From: a virus | IMG/VR virus record: IMGVR_UViG_3300026484_000095 | Location: 32,001-96,000 of that record | Strand: one strand, 5' to 3' | Length of the DNA stretch: 64,000 nucleotides | In this document: piece after piece, positions 49,576 to 59,810 of the stretch | How the letters are laid out: every line of letters begins with the position of its first letter | How positions within the stretch are numbered: the first letter of the stretch is position 1 | The notes under the pieces: generated by a model | What the model saw: the letters and a program-made list of their open reading frames with translations, nothing else | Database searches by the model: none | Told to the model about the DNA's origin: nothing | Translations under genes and position numbers: made by a program

Positions 49576-50289
49576 GTGAGTGATAAAAAAATACAGAACT
49601 TGTTGAAGTTACAAGATAAGTTAAATAAAATGTATGCAGATAGAGAAGAGAAAGGCTATAAGTCCGACTATCTCATATCTGATATGAAGGACTTAGAGAT
49701 AAGGATTTCTAAAATAGAAAAGGAGTTACTAAAAGAAGAGTATGATAAGGATTTCACTTATTCTATTCTGAAGGATGTTAGAGCTACCTTAGAAGACGAT
49801 ATTCAGTTAGAGAAAGAGTTATTTTCTAAACTGGAGAGGGTTCGTGCTAACATTAGAAAGAATAAACTGAAACAAGCTAATCTTGAATCAATTCTAAAAG
49901 AGCAAGAGGGAGCAAACTATATTAGCGAGATGGATTACAAATCCCTTGTTGATAGTTTCGACCACAAAAACTTTGATGTTGATTTGTTCTGTAAGACTTA
50001 TGAATTGGATTTAACAGATAAAGTTAAACATAAGCCATCTTTTGTTATGACGATGTTTTCCTTTTTGAAGTCAAGTGAGGCTTTTGAGGGGTACCTCGAA
50101 AATGACTTGATGATTATATTCTATCGTGAGATTATGGAGGACGGTAAGAGACTGTCTTTCTCTGAAATCAAGCAAAGGTATTATGCGAATGATGATAAGT
50201 CTGACACTTCTTTCGCTAAATTGCACAAGAAGATTAAAGATAAACTAAAGAAATATATTAAAGTCCATAAGGATAGTTTACCTTTTTAA
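49576..50289 (+). CDS. Coiled-coil protein with sigma region 4-like C-terminus
   Basis: IIFYREIMEDGKRLSFSEIKQ...LHKKIKDKLKK. Confidence 0.45.
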   Translation: MSDKKIQNLLKLQDKLNKMYADREEKGYKSDYLISDMKDLEIRISKIEKELLKEEYDKDFTYSILKDVRATLEDDIQLEKELFSKLERVRANIRKNKLKQANLESILKEQEGANYISEMDYKSLVDSFDHKNFDVDLFCKTYELDLTDKVKHKPSFVMTMFSFLKSSEAFEGYLENDLMIIFYREIMEDGKRLSFSEIKQRYYANDDKSDTSFAKLHKKIKDKLKKYIKVHKDSLPF

Positions 50290-50319
50290 AAGCCTCAAAA
50301 TTCTTATAAAGGTTGAGCT

Positions 50320-50550
50320 ATGGTTGTAAGATTAGGAAATAATAGCTCTACTCCGTTTATAGTGTATGAAGATACTCCTATTTTTGTATCTAAGAGAGAT
50401 ATAACAAAGATACAAGGTTGTTTAGATGTTCGTACTGTAATAGTCTTTGAGAAAGATGGTTATGTATTTGAGGGTAGAGTTTTTAATGGAATACCTAATG
50501 TGGTCTTTAACATTGTTAAGGGTGTAAAGGTTGCCAAGTCTATTATATAA
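50320..50550 (+). CDS. Small hypothetical protein
   Basis: Followed by hairpin and T run. Confidence 0.55.
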   Translation: MVVRLGNNSSTPFIVYEDTPIFVSKRDITKIQGCLDVRTVIVFEKDGYVFEGRVFNGIPNVVFNIVKGVKVAKSII

Positions 50551-50635
50551 GCTTGGTGACCTTTTTTTTTATTTATCCATAAGTTAAAATATACTATGCA
50601 AATTTACATATATAATACTATTAAGGAGAACTTAG

Positions 50636-51055
50636 ATGAAATTAAAATTTGTATATTATATTTTACCAACTATCATCATTCCTATAAAATCTTGGAACGG
50701 GAAGAACCTAAATGCAGTTGAATTAGGGAATGTAATCCTAATAGCAGAGAACGAGATGGATGATAGAAATGGGTTATTAACTCACGAATTAACACACGCA
50801 AAACAGTTTTACAGAACTTTCGGATTAGCTTGGATATTGTCCAAGGTCAGCAAGAAGTATAGATTGAAATACGAGATAGAAGCTTATGTAGAGCAAATTA
50901 AAAAGCAGAACCTAAGCATAGAAAACAATTATTTTCATATAGTAAGATATGCAGATTTATTGTATAAGCATTATGACTTAGGGTTATCACAAGTTGATAT
51001 ATTGGCAACCCTGATAGCTCAATTAGAGGTTAGTTATAAGGTAAAAAAGAAATAG
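50636..51055 (+). CDS. Putative HExxH zinc metallopeptidase-like protein
   Basis: LTHELTHAKQ...YEIEAY. Confidence 0.65.
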   Translation: MKLKFVYYILPTIIIPIKSWNGKNLNAVELGNVILIAENEMDDRNGLLTHELTHAKQFYRTFGLAWILSKVSKKYRLKYEIEAYVEQIKKQNLSIENNYFHIVRYADLLYKHYDLGLSQVDILATLIAQLEVSYKVKKK

Positions 51056-51153
51056 ACCAAGAAAATTGGGCTACTGCAAAAGTAAGGTTAATAAATAGGT
51101 TCTTAATTCCTTATATGTATTATCTTTAAAAGATAAATCAAAAACATTAAGGA

Positions 51154-52092
51154 ATGAGAATGAAAAAGTTACAAATAGTAGGACTATTGGCAAGTGTTGT
51201 GTATGAAGAGATTAAGGCTTCAACTGTTATGGGCGATACAGCAAACAAAGTTAATGCAGGGCATATCCATACTATTGGTTACAAATGTCCAGCTAGAGTT
51301 CAACTAGATACAAGTGCAAGTGTTAAAATCAAAAAAGGTCAAAGTTTAATTCATATCCCATCAGCCGATGCAATTAAGCATAATATTACTGTTAAATTCT
51401 TACCAATGAGTAAAGAGGATAGAAAGCAACTAAATGTAGAAGTTGTTATATGTGTAGATGGTCAGCTTACAAATGAAACTGGTAAAAGATTGAATGTTAT
51501 ACCAAACAAGTTTGATTTAGGTGCAGTTGTTATTGTTTAAAGCTGTAGAGGTGCAAATAAGCCCTTTACTGGGCTTTAAAAGGTAAGAGGGTAAGAAGTT
51601 ATGGAAGCTATGAAAGATGGGTTATATATCGCTAAATGTGATATATATGATGAAGAGCTAAGTGCAACGAAAGATAAGTTATTTTCAGAGGGCTTAGTCT
51701 ATACAGTAAAAGACGGTGTAGTGAAAGATAACAACTATAATGATGTAGATGTATCTAGTTGGGACGAAAGCTTCAGAGGTAAATTTGAGTATCAAGAAAA
51801 TCAAGGGACTGATACAGCAAACACTGAGGAAGATAGTCTAGTTGGTAGTATGTTTAGCATAATTGAAAAATTATCTAACCCAAAATTCGAGGTGGATATT
51901 GTTGAGATACCTTATGGAAATAATATCAAGCTAAAAGAGTATCTAAAAGAGGGTTATCAACCTTTAGCTAGTCTAAATGGAAAGGTTAAGCTATTTAATC
52001 GTAAAGTAAGTAACGATATTGGTGTAGAGTGTCCTTGCCCTAAGTGCAAAGAGAAACGAGAAAATGCAAAGGAGAATGGGAATGCAAAGTAA
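51154..52092 (+). CDS. Two hypothetical genes (51154-51540, 51601-52092)
   Basis: Behind class-2 promoter at 51087. Confidence 0.65.
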
Positions 52093-52214
52093 AAACAAAA
52101 AAGCAAAAATCGGGTTATCAATACCTGCCTGTGTTGCTATTGATGATATGAAAAAGAGAAACTTTATTAAACAAAATACTGCTGGGTCAAAAGCCACTTC
52201 GAGAGGTGTTTAGT

Positions 52215-53171
52215 ATGGTAAGAACAACTGTTAAATGCAAATTGGAAAATGCTGAAATCCCTAGATATGCAACTCTTGAAAGTGCAGGAGCAGATGCAGT
52301 AGCAAACGAAGATGTAATGTGGCAACCTATTTATAGTGAGCCTATTGAAATCTTTGATAGATTAAACATACCTGCAATCAATGATTCAAATGTTAAAGGT
52401 TTATCTGAAACAGTAAGAGGTATTAACCCACTGTATAAATCTATGCAAATCATTGTAGGTTGGAAAGCTATTGTTAGCACTGGTCTATTCTTAGAAATCC
52501 CAAAAGGTTATGAGATACAAGTAAGACCTAGAAGTGGTCTAGCATTTAAGCATAATGTAACAGTTATCAATGCACCTGGCACTGTTGATAGTGATTACAG
52601 AGGGGAAGTAAAAGTAGCCATTATGGTAGCTGGTGCTTTGGATAAAGAGTTAGCTGTTACTGACAACAATGGTAATTTCATTTATTCAGATGACCCTGAA
52701 ACAGTAGCAATGGAGACTTATCCTATTCTACCAAAGGGGACAAAGATTGCTCAACTGGTTCTAGCGAGAGTAGAACAAGCAAGATATGTATTGTCTGAAA
52801 AGCTGAACTCAACAAGTCGTGGTGCAAATGGCTTTGGCTCAACTGGTCTTAAAGCAGAGGGTTCAACTAAGGTTGAAGTGGAGTTTAAAGTTGGCGATAT
52901 AAATGTGCTTAATGCAACTGAAACAACTATCGCAAAGTTCATTCAGAGTTTAGAGCAGTATAACAAAGATATAAAAGGTTTAGACTTCATCTATGATAAC
53001 AATGTAGCAGATGATAGAATGTTGTTTGTTACTTATGATGTCTATGAGTTCGATTACTCTAAGCAAGATTTAGTAGATATTCTTAAAAGCACTATTGATT
53101 TGCTTGGTGGTCGTGATGTAGTAGAGAGAGCTTATCAAGAGCTACCTCCAATAAAAAAGCCTAGCTATTAA
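52215..53171 (+). CDS. dut: Trimeric dUTPase with two insertions and a C-terminal extra domain
   Basis: SAGAD, RPRSGL, PGTVDSDYRGEV, KIAQL, RGANGFGSTG. Confidence 0.92.
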   Translation: MVRTTVKCKLENAEIPRYATLESAGADAVANEDVMWQPIYSEPIEIFDRLNIPAINDSNVKGLSETVRGINPLYKSMQIIVGWKAIVSTGLFLEIPKGYEIQVRPRSGLAFKHNVTVINAPGTVDSDYRGEVKVAIMVAGALDKELAVTDNNGNFIYSDDPETVAMETYPILPKGTKIAQLVLARVEQARYVLSEKLNSTSRGANGFGSTGLKAEGSTKVEVEFKVGDINVLNATETTIAKFIQSLEQYNKDIKGLDFIYDNNVADDRMLFVTYDVYEFDYSKQDLVDILKSTIDLLGGRDVVERAYQELPPIKKPSY

Positions 53172-53354
53172 AAGATAGCATATCCATTGCAGTAAGGTGT
53201 TTTATCTCCTTACTGTGGTTTCTAAGAGCTTCTATAAACAAAAATCCTAAACATTATATATAATCTATTAATAAATTGCTTAAAAATGCAAATAGTAGGT
53301 TATATATAGTGCTTGACTACAAGTATATATAGTATATCAAATAAAGAGGAAAAT

Positions 53355-54229
53355 ATGGAAAAGTTAAGTAGTTTTAAGGCTAATAAATTAGCCGAAGAAG
53401 AATTGATATTTCAAAATCAGATACCTATCCAAAACATTAAGTATCTAAAAGAAGATATTGAAAATCTAAAAGAACCCAAATCTTTTGTTTATAAAGATTA
53501 TCAGATTATATTGCTTAATCGTTCAACTGTTACAAGTGTAGTGGCTTCATTTAAAGAAGTATCTTTTAGACTGTTCGCAAATAAGTATGAGAAAGTTCTA
53601 ATGTTCTCACCTATCGCTCCTTATCATCAGAATTTGGATTTAGAGGATTATTGTCGTAAGGCAACTGATTACATTGCAGACTACTTTGAGGGCTTAGATA
53701 AAGGTGTTAAATATGATACGGGGGATAAGATAACAGAACCTATCAAGAAGTTTCAGCTATGGAATTTCTATAACTATAAAGTTTATATATCGGCATAGTA
53801 AAAAAAAAAGAGGGTTAGTATGAAAAATTTTATATTGAGACTAAAAGCTCTTTATTGGTGGTATATTGTTCTAGGTAAAAATGAGTTCCACCCATCTCTT
53901 GATTTTAGTTTCAACTCTACATCTAAGATATTGGTAATATATCGTAGAGAGTTGGCTCATCATTTAGATAACGATACATCATTGTTTGCAGATGGAATGG
54001 TGGAACTTATAGAGAAATGTGAATTATAAAAGGTTCTAATATGTCTAAAAATGACTCATCTAAAGAAGTATTTAAGATTAAAGCTAATGCTAAGGCTTCA
54101 AAGTTGGTACTAGCATATAAGGTTCAGAAATCTAAACATTTTAATCACTTAAAAAATGTTATATCGAAGATTGAATCAATCACGGGGGTAGAAACTGATA
54201 TTCCTAGTGAATACAAAAACAAAAAGTAA
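53355..54229 (+). CDS. Three hypothetical genes (53355-53798, 53820-54029, 54041-54229)
   Basis: RBSs present. Confidence 0.6.
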
Positions 54230-54241
54230 AGGTAGAAGAGA

Positions 54242-55327
54242 ATGAATTACTGGTTATTATCAGCAAGTAGTGTGATACTGTTTTTAGTATCGGCTTCTTT
54301 AAACATAGATGGCTATATCCATTTATTCCCTAACTCTGTTTATATGGCAGGAACTATATTAGCAGGATTGGAGTTAGCTAAATTCACTATCGTAGGTGTT
54401 GTCTATAATATAGAACATCACATATCCACTTTCGTTAAGGTTATTCTAAGTGCTTTCTTAGGACTGTTGATTTTAATATCTGTCATAGGTCATTATGCAA
54501 TCCTAACTTCTTTCTATACAAGCAATCAGAGTTCATCTATCATTATAAAAGATAACACTGCTTTCTATAAAAACAGAATGGAAGAGATAAAAACAGAGAT
54601 AGCTGACTTACAAGCATTGTATAAGAATTATCCAAAAGGTTATGCTAGTAAAAGGTTAAAAGTTTATAATAGTGTCAGACCTCAAATAGATGAGCTACAA
54701 AGCGAATATAAAGAGTTATTTGCTAAGTTATCCAAAGAGCGAGAAAAAGGTCATACGGAGCTTAAAAACAATTCTAATATATTTGAAGCGAGTGCCAAGT
54801 TGATGGGAGTTACAACTGATAAGTTTGCTTTGTATATTATTATGCTAGTAAGTCTTATATTAGACCCCTTAGCTTTATTGATGGTCTATACAGCTCACTC
54901 ATTTAAAAGCAATTTCCAAAAAGCAGAAGAAAAGAACCTCAACATTGATACAATCGAAGTTCAAAAAGAAACTCCTCTCCCTAACTTAGAAGAAAAAACA
55001 CAAGATAAAGTTCTTGAGTCCAACGAAGTAGATGGTGTAAATAATGAGGTAAGGGATATTCAAAATTCTAAAAACTCTTTATATCAGAAGCTGATTGATA
55101 TTCAAAACATTAAGCTATATGGTAGCACTGTAAGAGATGTAATGTCTTGGAATGACTATGAAGTTAAAAGTTATAAAGCTAGTTTCTTGAAAACAAAGTT
55201 AGATAGGTACTGGTTCAAATTGGCTCTTGTATGGAGAGAAGTTGGCACAATAGATAACGGTGTAATGGTTTTAGATGAAAGTGTAGTAGATACAATTAAT
55301 CCTAATGAGATATACGGGAGATTTTAA
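54242..55327 (+). CDS. Multi-pass membrane protein with coiled coil
   Basis: Three N-terminal hydrophobic segments (LELAK), coil, fourth segment with LDPLA. Confidence 0.7.
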   Translation: MNYWLLSASSVILFLVSASLNIDGYIHLFPNSVYMAGTILAGLELAKFTIVGVVYNIEHHISTFVKVILSAFLGLLILISVIGHYAILTSFYTSNQSSSIIIKDNTAFYKNRMEEIKTEIADLQALYKNYPKGYASKRLKVYNSVRPQIDELQSEYKELFAKLSKEREKGHTELKNNSNIFEASAKLMGVTTDKFALYIIMLVSLILDPLALLMVYTAHSFKSNFQKAEEKNLNIDTIEVQKETPLPNLEEKTQDKVLESNEVDGVNNEVRDIQNSKNSLYQKLIDIQNIKLYGSTVRDVMSWNDYEVKSYKASFLKTKLDRYWFKLALVWREVGTIDNGVMVLDESVVDTINPNEIYGRF

Positions 55328-55329
55328 AA

Positions 55330-56136
55330 ATGGGTTTAAAAGAGAAAAGACTTAAAAATAAGGCTAAAAAATCTAAAAAGTCAGAAAGGCAACCTTTTAA
55401 AGGTTTCCAAACAGCAACTAATTATTCTATTATAGGTAAATCTGATTTCTTAGTGAACCTTATCTTAGGTCATATAGTTCATATAAATATGGAAGAGGAC
55501 TGGGATTTTGAAGCTAGTATATTTGGTAAATATATGGAGATTTCAGATGAAGCAGAACCAATAGAAGATGAGAAGATTATCTTTTCTAAGAAAGAACGAA
55601 ATGGATTTACAACAATCAATATAGATGAGGATTTTATTGATATATACTATTCTCTGCTAATTGAAGATGAGTTACCTGAGTTTTTAGATTATTGTAAGAA
55701 GTTCTTATCAAGGAAAAATCCTGAACTGGCTCTTTATTATATGTTCGCTGTCTGTGAGGTAGCTATTGATGAAGACTTAGAGTTCAATTATAAAAAGGCT
55801 GATTATGTCTTAGATAATTTCAAATATAAAGGAACTCACACATATTTAGATAAAGTGAAAACAGTTATTACATTTGTAAAAAATCCTAGCGAGAAACACT
55901 TATCAGATATGCTATTGATTATGAATGAAGAGGAAGACCCTTATCATAATATAATCAACATTATAGGTGCTATATCTAATGAAACATTACCCAAATATAT
56001 AGCAGATAAATATAGCTCTACTATTGAAGATTACAATTTTCAGAAAGGGCTACTTAAAATCTCTATTGCTATCTTACAAGCAGAGACCATAGAAGATTTT
56101 ATCTTAACATTAATAAAAGGGGTTATCTATGCTTAG
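55330..56136 (+). CDS. Hypothetical protein with basic N-terminus
   Basis: 268-aa ORF. Confidence 0.65.
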   Translation: MGLKEKRLKNKAKKSKKSERQPFKGFQTATNYSIIGKSDFLVNLILGHIVHINMEEDWDFEASIFGKYMEISDEAEPIEDEKIIFSKKERNGFTTINIDEDFIDIYYSLLIEDELPEFLDYCKKFLSRKNPELALYYMFAVCEVAIDEDLEFNYKKADYVLDNFKYKGTHTYLDKVKTVITFVKNPSEKHLSDMLLIMNEEEDPYHNIINIIGAISNETLPKYIADKYSSTIEDYNFQKGLLKISIAILQAETIEDFILTLIKGVIYA

Positions 56137-56701
56137 AAAAGGTGCTATCATATTATCGCTTACGGTGGGTCTATTAGGCTCTCCGTTAGTTATATCGGTG
56201 GAAGATAATATAAAGAGTTTAAGGAGCTTTACTGACAAACAAAAAGGTATCTTGATACAATCTTATCTTTATGCTGAGAGAGATGACCTCGGATTAACAA
56301 TGTCTGCAATAGCTTGGCACGAAAGTAATGCAGGTAAAAATCTAGTAAATTTAGGTGACCCTAGTTTTGGTATATACCATAATTTAGTTGGTTCTGTTAT
56401 AAATAGATTAGGGTTACCCAACACTCTTTATTATAGAAATAAGATAGCTAATAGATTAGTTCAAGACCCCAACTTCGCAAGAAGTCAAGCTCTTAGCGAG
56501 TTGCTATATTGGAAAAGTCATTACCTAAGAACAAGTGGAAAGCGATTACTATGGCAGAAGACTATCAGAAGCTATAATGGTGGAACAATGTGGAGAAATA
56601 AAGACACTGAGATTTATTTCAACAATATAAGAAATAAAATTAAGGCATTAAGAAAAGCTCCTTTTTTCAAGAACTTCCTACGAGGTAGAGGTGTAAAGTA
56701 A
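56129..56701 (+). CDS. Secreted lytic transglycosylase / lysozyme-fold protein
   Basis: Signal peptide, AIAWHESNAG (catalytic ES), SFGIYH, SYNGG. Confidence 0.75.
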   Translation: MLRKGAIILSLTVGLLGSPLVISVEDNIKSLRSFTDKQKGILIQSYLYAERDDLGLTMSAIAWHESNAGKNLVNLGDPSFGIYHNLVGSVINRLGLPNTLYYRNKIANRLVQDPNFARSQALSELLYWKSHYLRTSGKRLLWQKTIRSYNGGTMWRNKDTEIYFNNIRNKIKALRKAPFFKNFLRGRGVK

Positions 56702-56754
56702 AAAAATCTCTATACTGTAAGGTATATAGATAAAATTGAAATAAAGGTGTAAAA

Positions 56755-57483
56755 ATGTCAGATACAAAAAATAAAAAGCTACTGCAAAGTCTTGGTGGCA
56801 AAGGTGAAAAGAAAGAACTATTTGCTGTTAATTATGAGTATTTAGCGGATGAAAGTAAAACTATCGCTGATGCAATAAAAGAGCAAAGTAGCTTTAACGA
56901 AGTGTTCTATATCAAGTATAACACTCTTGCTGAGTATCAGCTACAAACAACTATCAAAAGTTGGCTATATGGTCTAATGCTTCACTCTCAAATCGCAACA
57001 TCAGATGAACACGGTCTAAGTCCTCTATGTGTATTGGAGAAAGCTCTAAGAGTTCTACCCGTGAAAGCTAAGTTCCTATTTGAAGCAACTGAACATACAA
57101 GCTCGGTTTATCCTGCAATCAAAGAGGGAACCCCACTGGTTAATAATACAAAGAGTGGTTATATGCCAATCATTAGTTTATACACTAAGGCTCTTAATGG
57201 AGAGAACAACAAAAATGATTATGTTGAAATCACTCCTGATTTAGCTATGTCGGTGCAAATCTTAGATAAACATTCATTAGAGATGACAACAGATTTTGCA
57301 GTAGAGTTTAGTAAAATGTTGAAGTTCGCATTTACAAGCGACGGTATGGACTTAGTTGGTGGAACAATCAGCTTAGGTATCGATTCAGGTAACCTTATGA
57401 GACTGTTCGATTTTGATTTAATCGTAAAAGATTTAGAGGGCAACAAGTTAAGCACTGAGCAGATAGTCGATAAACTATCTTAG
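56755..57483 (+). CDS. Hypothetical protein
   Basis: Behind class-2 promoter at 56698. Confidence 0.7.
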   Translation: MSDTKNKKLLQSLGGKGEKKELFAVNYEYLADESKTIADAIKEQSSFNEVFYIKYNTLAEYQLQTTIKSWLYGLMLHSQIATSDEHGLSPLCVLEKALRVLPVKAKFLFEATEHTSSVYPAIKEGTPLVNNTKSGYMPIISLYTKALNGENNKNDYVEITPDLAMSVQILDKHSLEMTTDFAVEFSKMLKFAFTSDGMDLVGGTISLGIDSGNLMRLFDFDLIVKDLEGNKLSTEQIVDKLS

Positions 57484-57519
57484 AGGTTTTATCCTTACAT
57501 CTCTAAAAAGAGGTGTAAG

Positions 57520-57837
57520 ATGGCAAAGAACTGGCGAAAAACAAGAGATTATAGAGTTTGGAGAGTGTCTGTAATAAGACGAGATAAAGTTTGTCAATGT
57601 TGTGGGTCACCTAAAAAAAGACAAGCTCATCATATAGAAGATGGCAGTCATAACAAAGAACTTAGGTTCAATGTAAAGAATGGTATTACATTATGTAAAG
57701 ATTGTCATATACAACTTCATACAAATTTCAAAAACAGTTATAGAGAAAAAACAACTAAAAAGGATTTAGATAATTTTCTAGCACTTAGAGATTATTTCTT
57801 TAAGAAAGTAGAAGAGGATTTAAGTCGTTCATTGTAG
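57520..57837 (+). CDS. HNH endonuclease
   Basis: WR..V..RD..CQCCG...AHHI...NGITLCKDCH...H. Confidence 0.88.
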   Translation: MAKNWRKTRDYRVWRVSVIRRDKVCQCCGSPKKRQAHHIEDGSHNKELRFNVKNGITLCKDCHIQLHTNFKNSYREKTTKKDLDNFLALRDYFFKKVEEDLSRSL

Positions 57838-57857
57838 ATTATTATAAAGGATTAAAT

Positions 57858-58485
57858 ATGAGTTATAGAGAGACTGTGGAAAGTATTAGAAATGAGTTTC
57901 TTAGTATAATAGAAGAGAAGAACTCTTGGGGAAAGAGGGAGCTAGAATTGGTAATCGAGAAAGCTATATCTAATCACTTTATTTCTATGCAAGATAATGC
58001 TAGTAGGATTAAAGACACTAGCTTGAAAGTTATATCTAGTAAAAAGGTAAAAAATCAAAATGAAAATGATGTTAGACCAAAAGCATTAAAGAGGAGACGA
58101 AGAAATGTCTAGTAGAGTAAAACATATCCTATTGGTGGACAGTAAAGAGCAGGGCTTATTGCATAATGTAAAATGTATGCAAGACCTTGAAGCTAGTTTT
58201 GATTATCTTCAAGATGATAAAATCAAAAAGAGAGAAGTTAAACCTCAAAAAGGTTTCGCAGGTATGGTGGATTATGAACCTGCAGAGTATGTTTATATGA
58301 GTTATAAACACTTTCTAAAAGAGTTCCTAAAACAAAAGCAAACTGGTATCTTGGTAGCAAATGTCGATAAGTATAGCTATATGTTATCTAAATATAAGCC
58401 TAAGATGTATATACTAGGGGGAGATTTTGATAAGTATTTAGATAAGCTACCTAAGTCAGCTATACATCATATAATGGTAATATAA
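57858..58485 (+). CDS. Two hypothetical genes (57858-58112, 58105-58485)
   Basis: Coupled ORFs. Confidence 0.6.
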
Positions 58486-58496
58486 AGGCTTTAAAA

Positions 58497-59729
58497 GTGA
58501 AAGTAGAAACTGTCTCTAAAGCTCATAGGCTATTTACAAAATACAGACCTATGTCTTGGTCTGATGTAAGAGGTCAAGACCATATCATTTCTATTATGAA
58601 AGGTTTGTTAGAAAGGGAAACATATAAGTATATCAATGGAATTATACTCGGAGGAGCTGCCGGTGGTGGAAAAACTACACTAAGTCGTTTGTTCGCTAAG
58701 GCTATAAATTGTCAGTCTGATAATAAACCTTGTAACAAGTGTGATAACTGTAAGAGGTTCAATGCTAATGAATATCCTGACTACATTGAGGAAGATGGAG
58801 CTGAATACAATAAGAAAGAGGACATAGCAGTTCTTAAAGATTTAGCTAATCAATATGCTAGTGTACCTGATGGGTTTAGAATAATCTACATTGATGAAGC
58901 CCACGCTTTAAGTAATGCCGCTTGGGATATTCTATTGAAACAGTTAGAAGAGGGAGAGACTAGAACAATATGGGTCTTTGCTACAACGGAACCTGATAAG
59001 ATTAGAAGTGCTATTGTATCAAGATGTATGCCTTTTAAAGTTAAACCTCTTGGTTCAAAAGAGATAAAAGCTGAACTCGTTAATATCTGTGAAAAGGAGG
59101 GTATAGAGTACGATGACATAAGTATAGAAAAATTAGCTATTGCTTATCGTGGTAGGACTAGAGATGCTATTAAAATTCTTAATATGTATTATGATAGTCA
59201 AGGTAACTTCAAAAACATTGATTTATTATCTATCGAGGAACAAATGATAGATATAATTAAACTAGCTTTATTTAACAAGATGGAAGAGTGTTATAAAAAG
59301 TTAGAAGAGCTTATAACAGTAGAGGAACACGAGTATGCTACAGCTATGAGTAATCTTTTGACAACCACATTCCTATATCCGTCTGTGCCTCCTATGGGTA
59401 TTCAAGAGCAGTTAATATCTGATTTCAAAGATATTATAGGTAAGGACATAAAAGATTTAATTGATTTATATATGAAGTATAAACCTTCAAATTTTGATGA
59501 GATGAAAATCTTTTTACTCACAGTTGCAGAGCTAGGTATTAATTTCAATAATGTAGAAGTCGTAGAAGCCAACTCACAAACAAAGAAGAGACGATTTGTT
59601 GAGGGTGCAGATAATCATTTAGGAGTTAAGAAAATAGCTAAGAAAGATACTAAAGTCAAGAAGACTGTGGTCAATGCAAAACAGAGAGCTAAGAAAAAGT
59701 TTGAGAACTTAGGATTTAGTTCTAAGTGA
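58497..59729 (+). CDS. dnaX: Clamp loader, DNA polymerase III gamma/tau-like
   Basis: KYRP, GQDH, GAAGGGKTT, C..PC..C..C, IDEAH.LS..AW..LLK.LEE, ATTE, SRC, GRTRDA. Confidence 0.92.
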   Translation: MKVETVSKAHRLFTKYRPMSWSDVRGQDHIISIMKGLLERETYKYINGIILGGAAGGGKTTLSRLFAKAINCQSDNKPCNKCDNCKRFNANEYPDYIEEDGAEYNKKEDIAVLKDLANQYASVPDGFRIIYIDEAHALSNAAWDILLKQLEEGETRTIWVFATTEPDKIRSAIVSRCMPFKVKPLGSKEIKAELVNICEKEGIEYDDISIEKLAIAYRGRTRDAIKILNMYYDSQGNFKNIDLLSIEEQMIDIIKLALFNKMEECYKKLEELITVEEHEYATAMSNLLTTTFLYPSVPPMGIQEQLISDFKDIIGKDIKDLIDLYMKYKPSNFDEMKIFLLTVAELGINFNNVEVVEANSQTKKRRFVEGADNHLGVKKIAKKDTKVKKTVVNAKQRAKKKFENLGFSSK

Positions 59730-59810
59730 GGTTAATAAATTCCTATACCAAGGAGTATATGAGTTATTAAAAGGGTGGTAGGTTGGTAAATAAAATTTAA
59801 AGGAAAAGTT

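Noticed and set aside
1473-50570. Long T homopolymers (~1473, ~43703, ~50562) as phase-variation tracts
   Set aside because: Each follows a hairpin at a gene end, consistent with terminator U-tracts.
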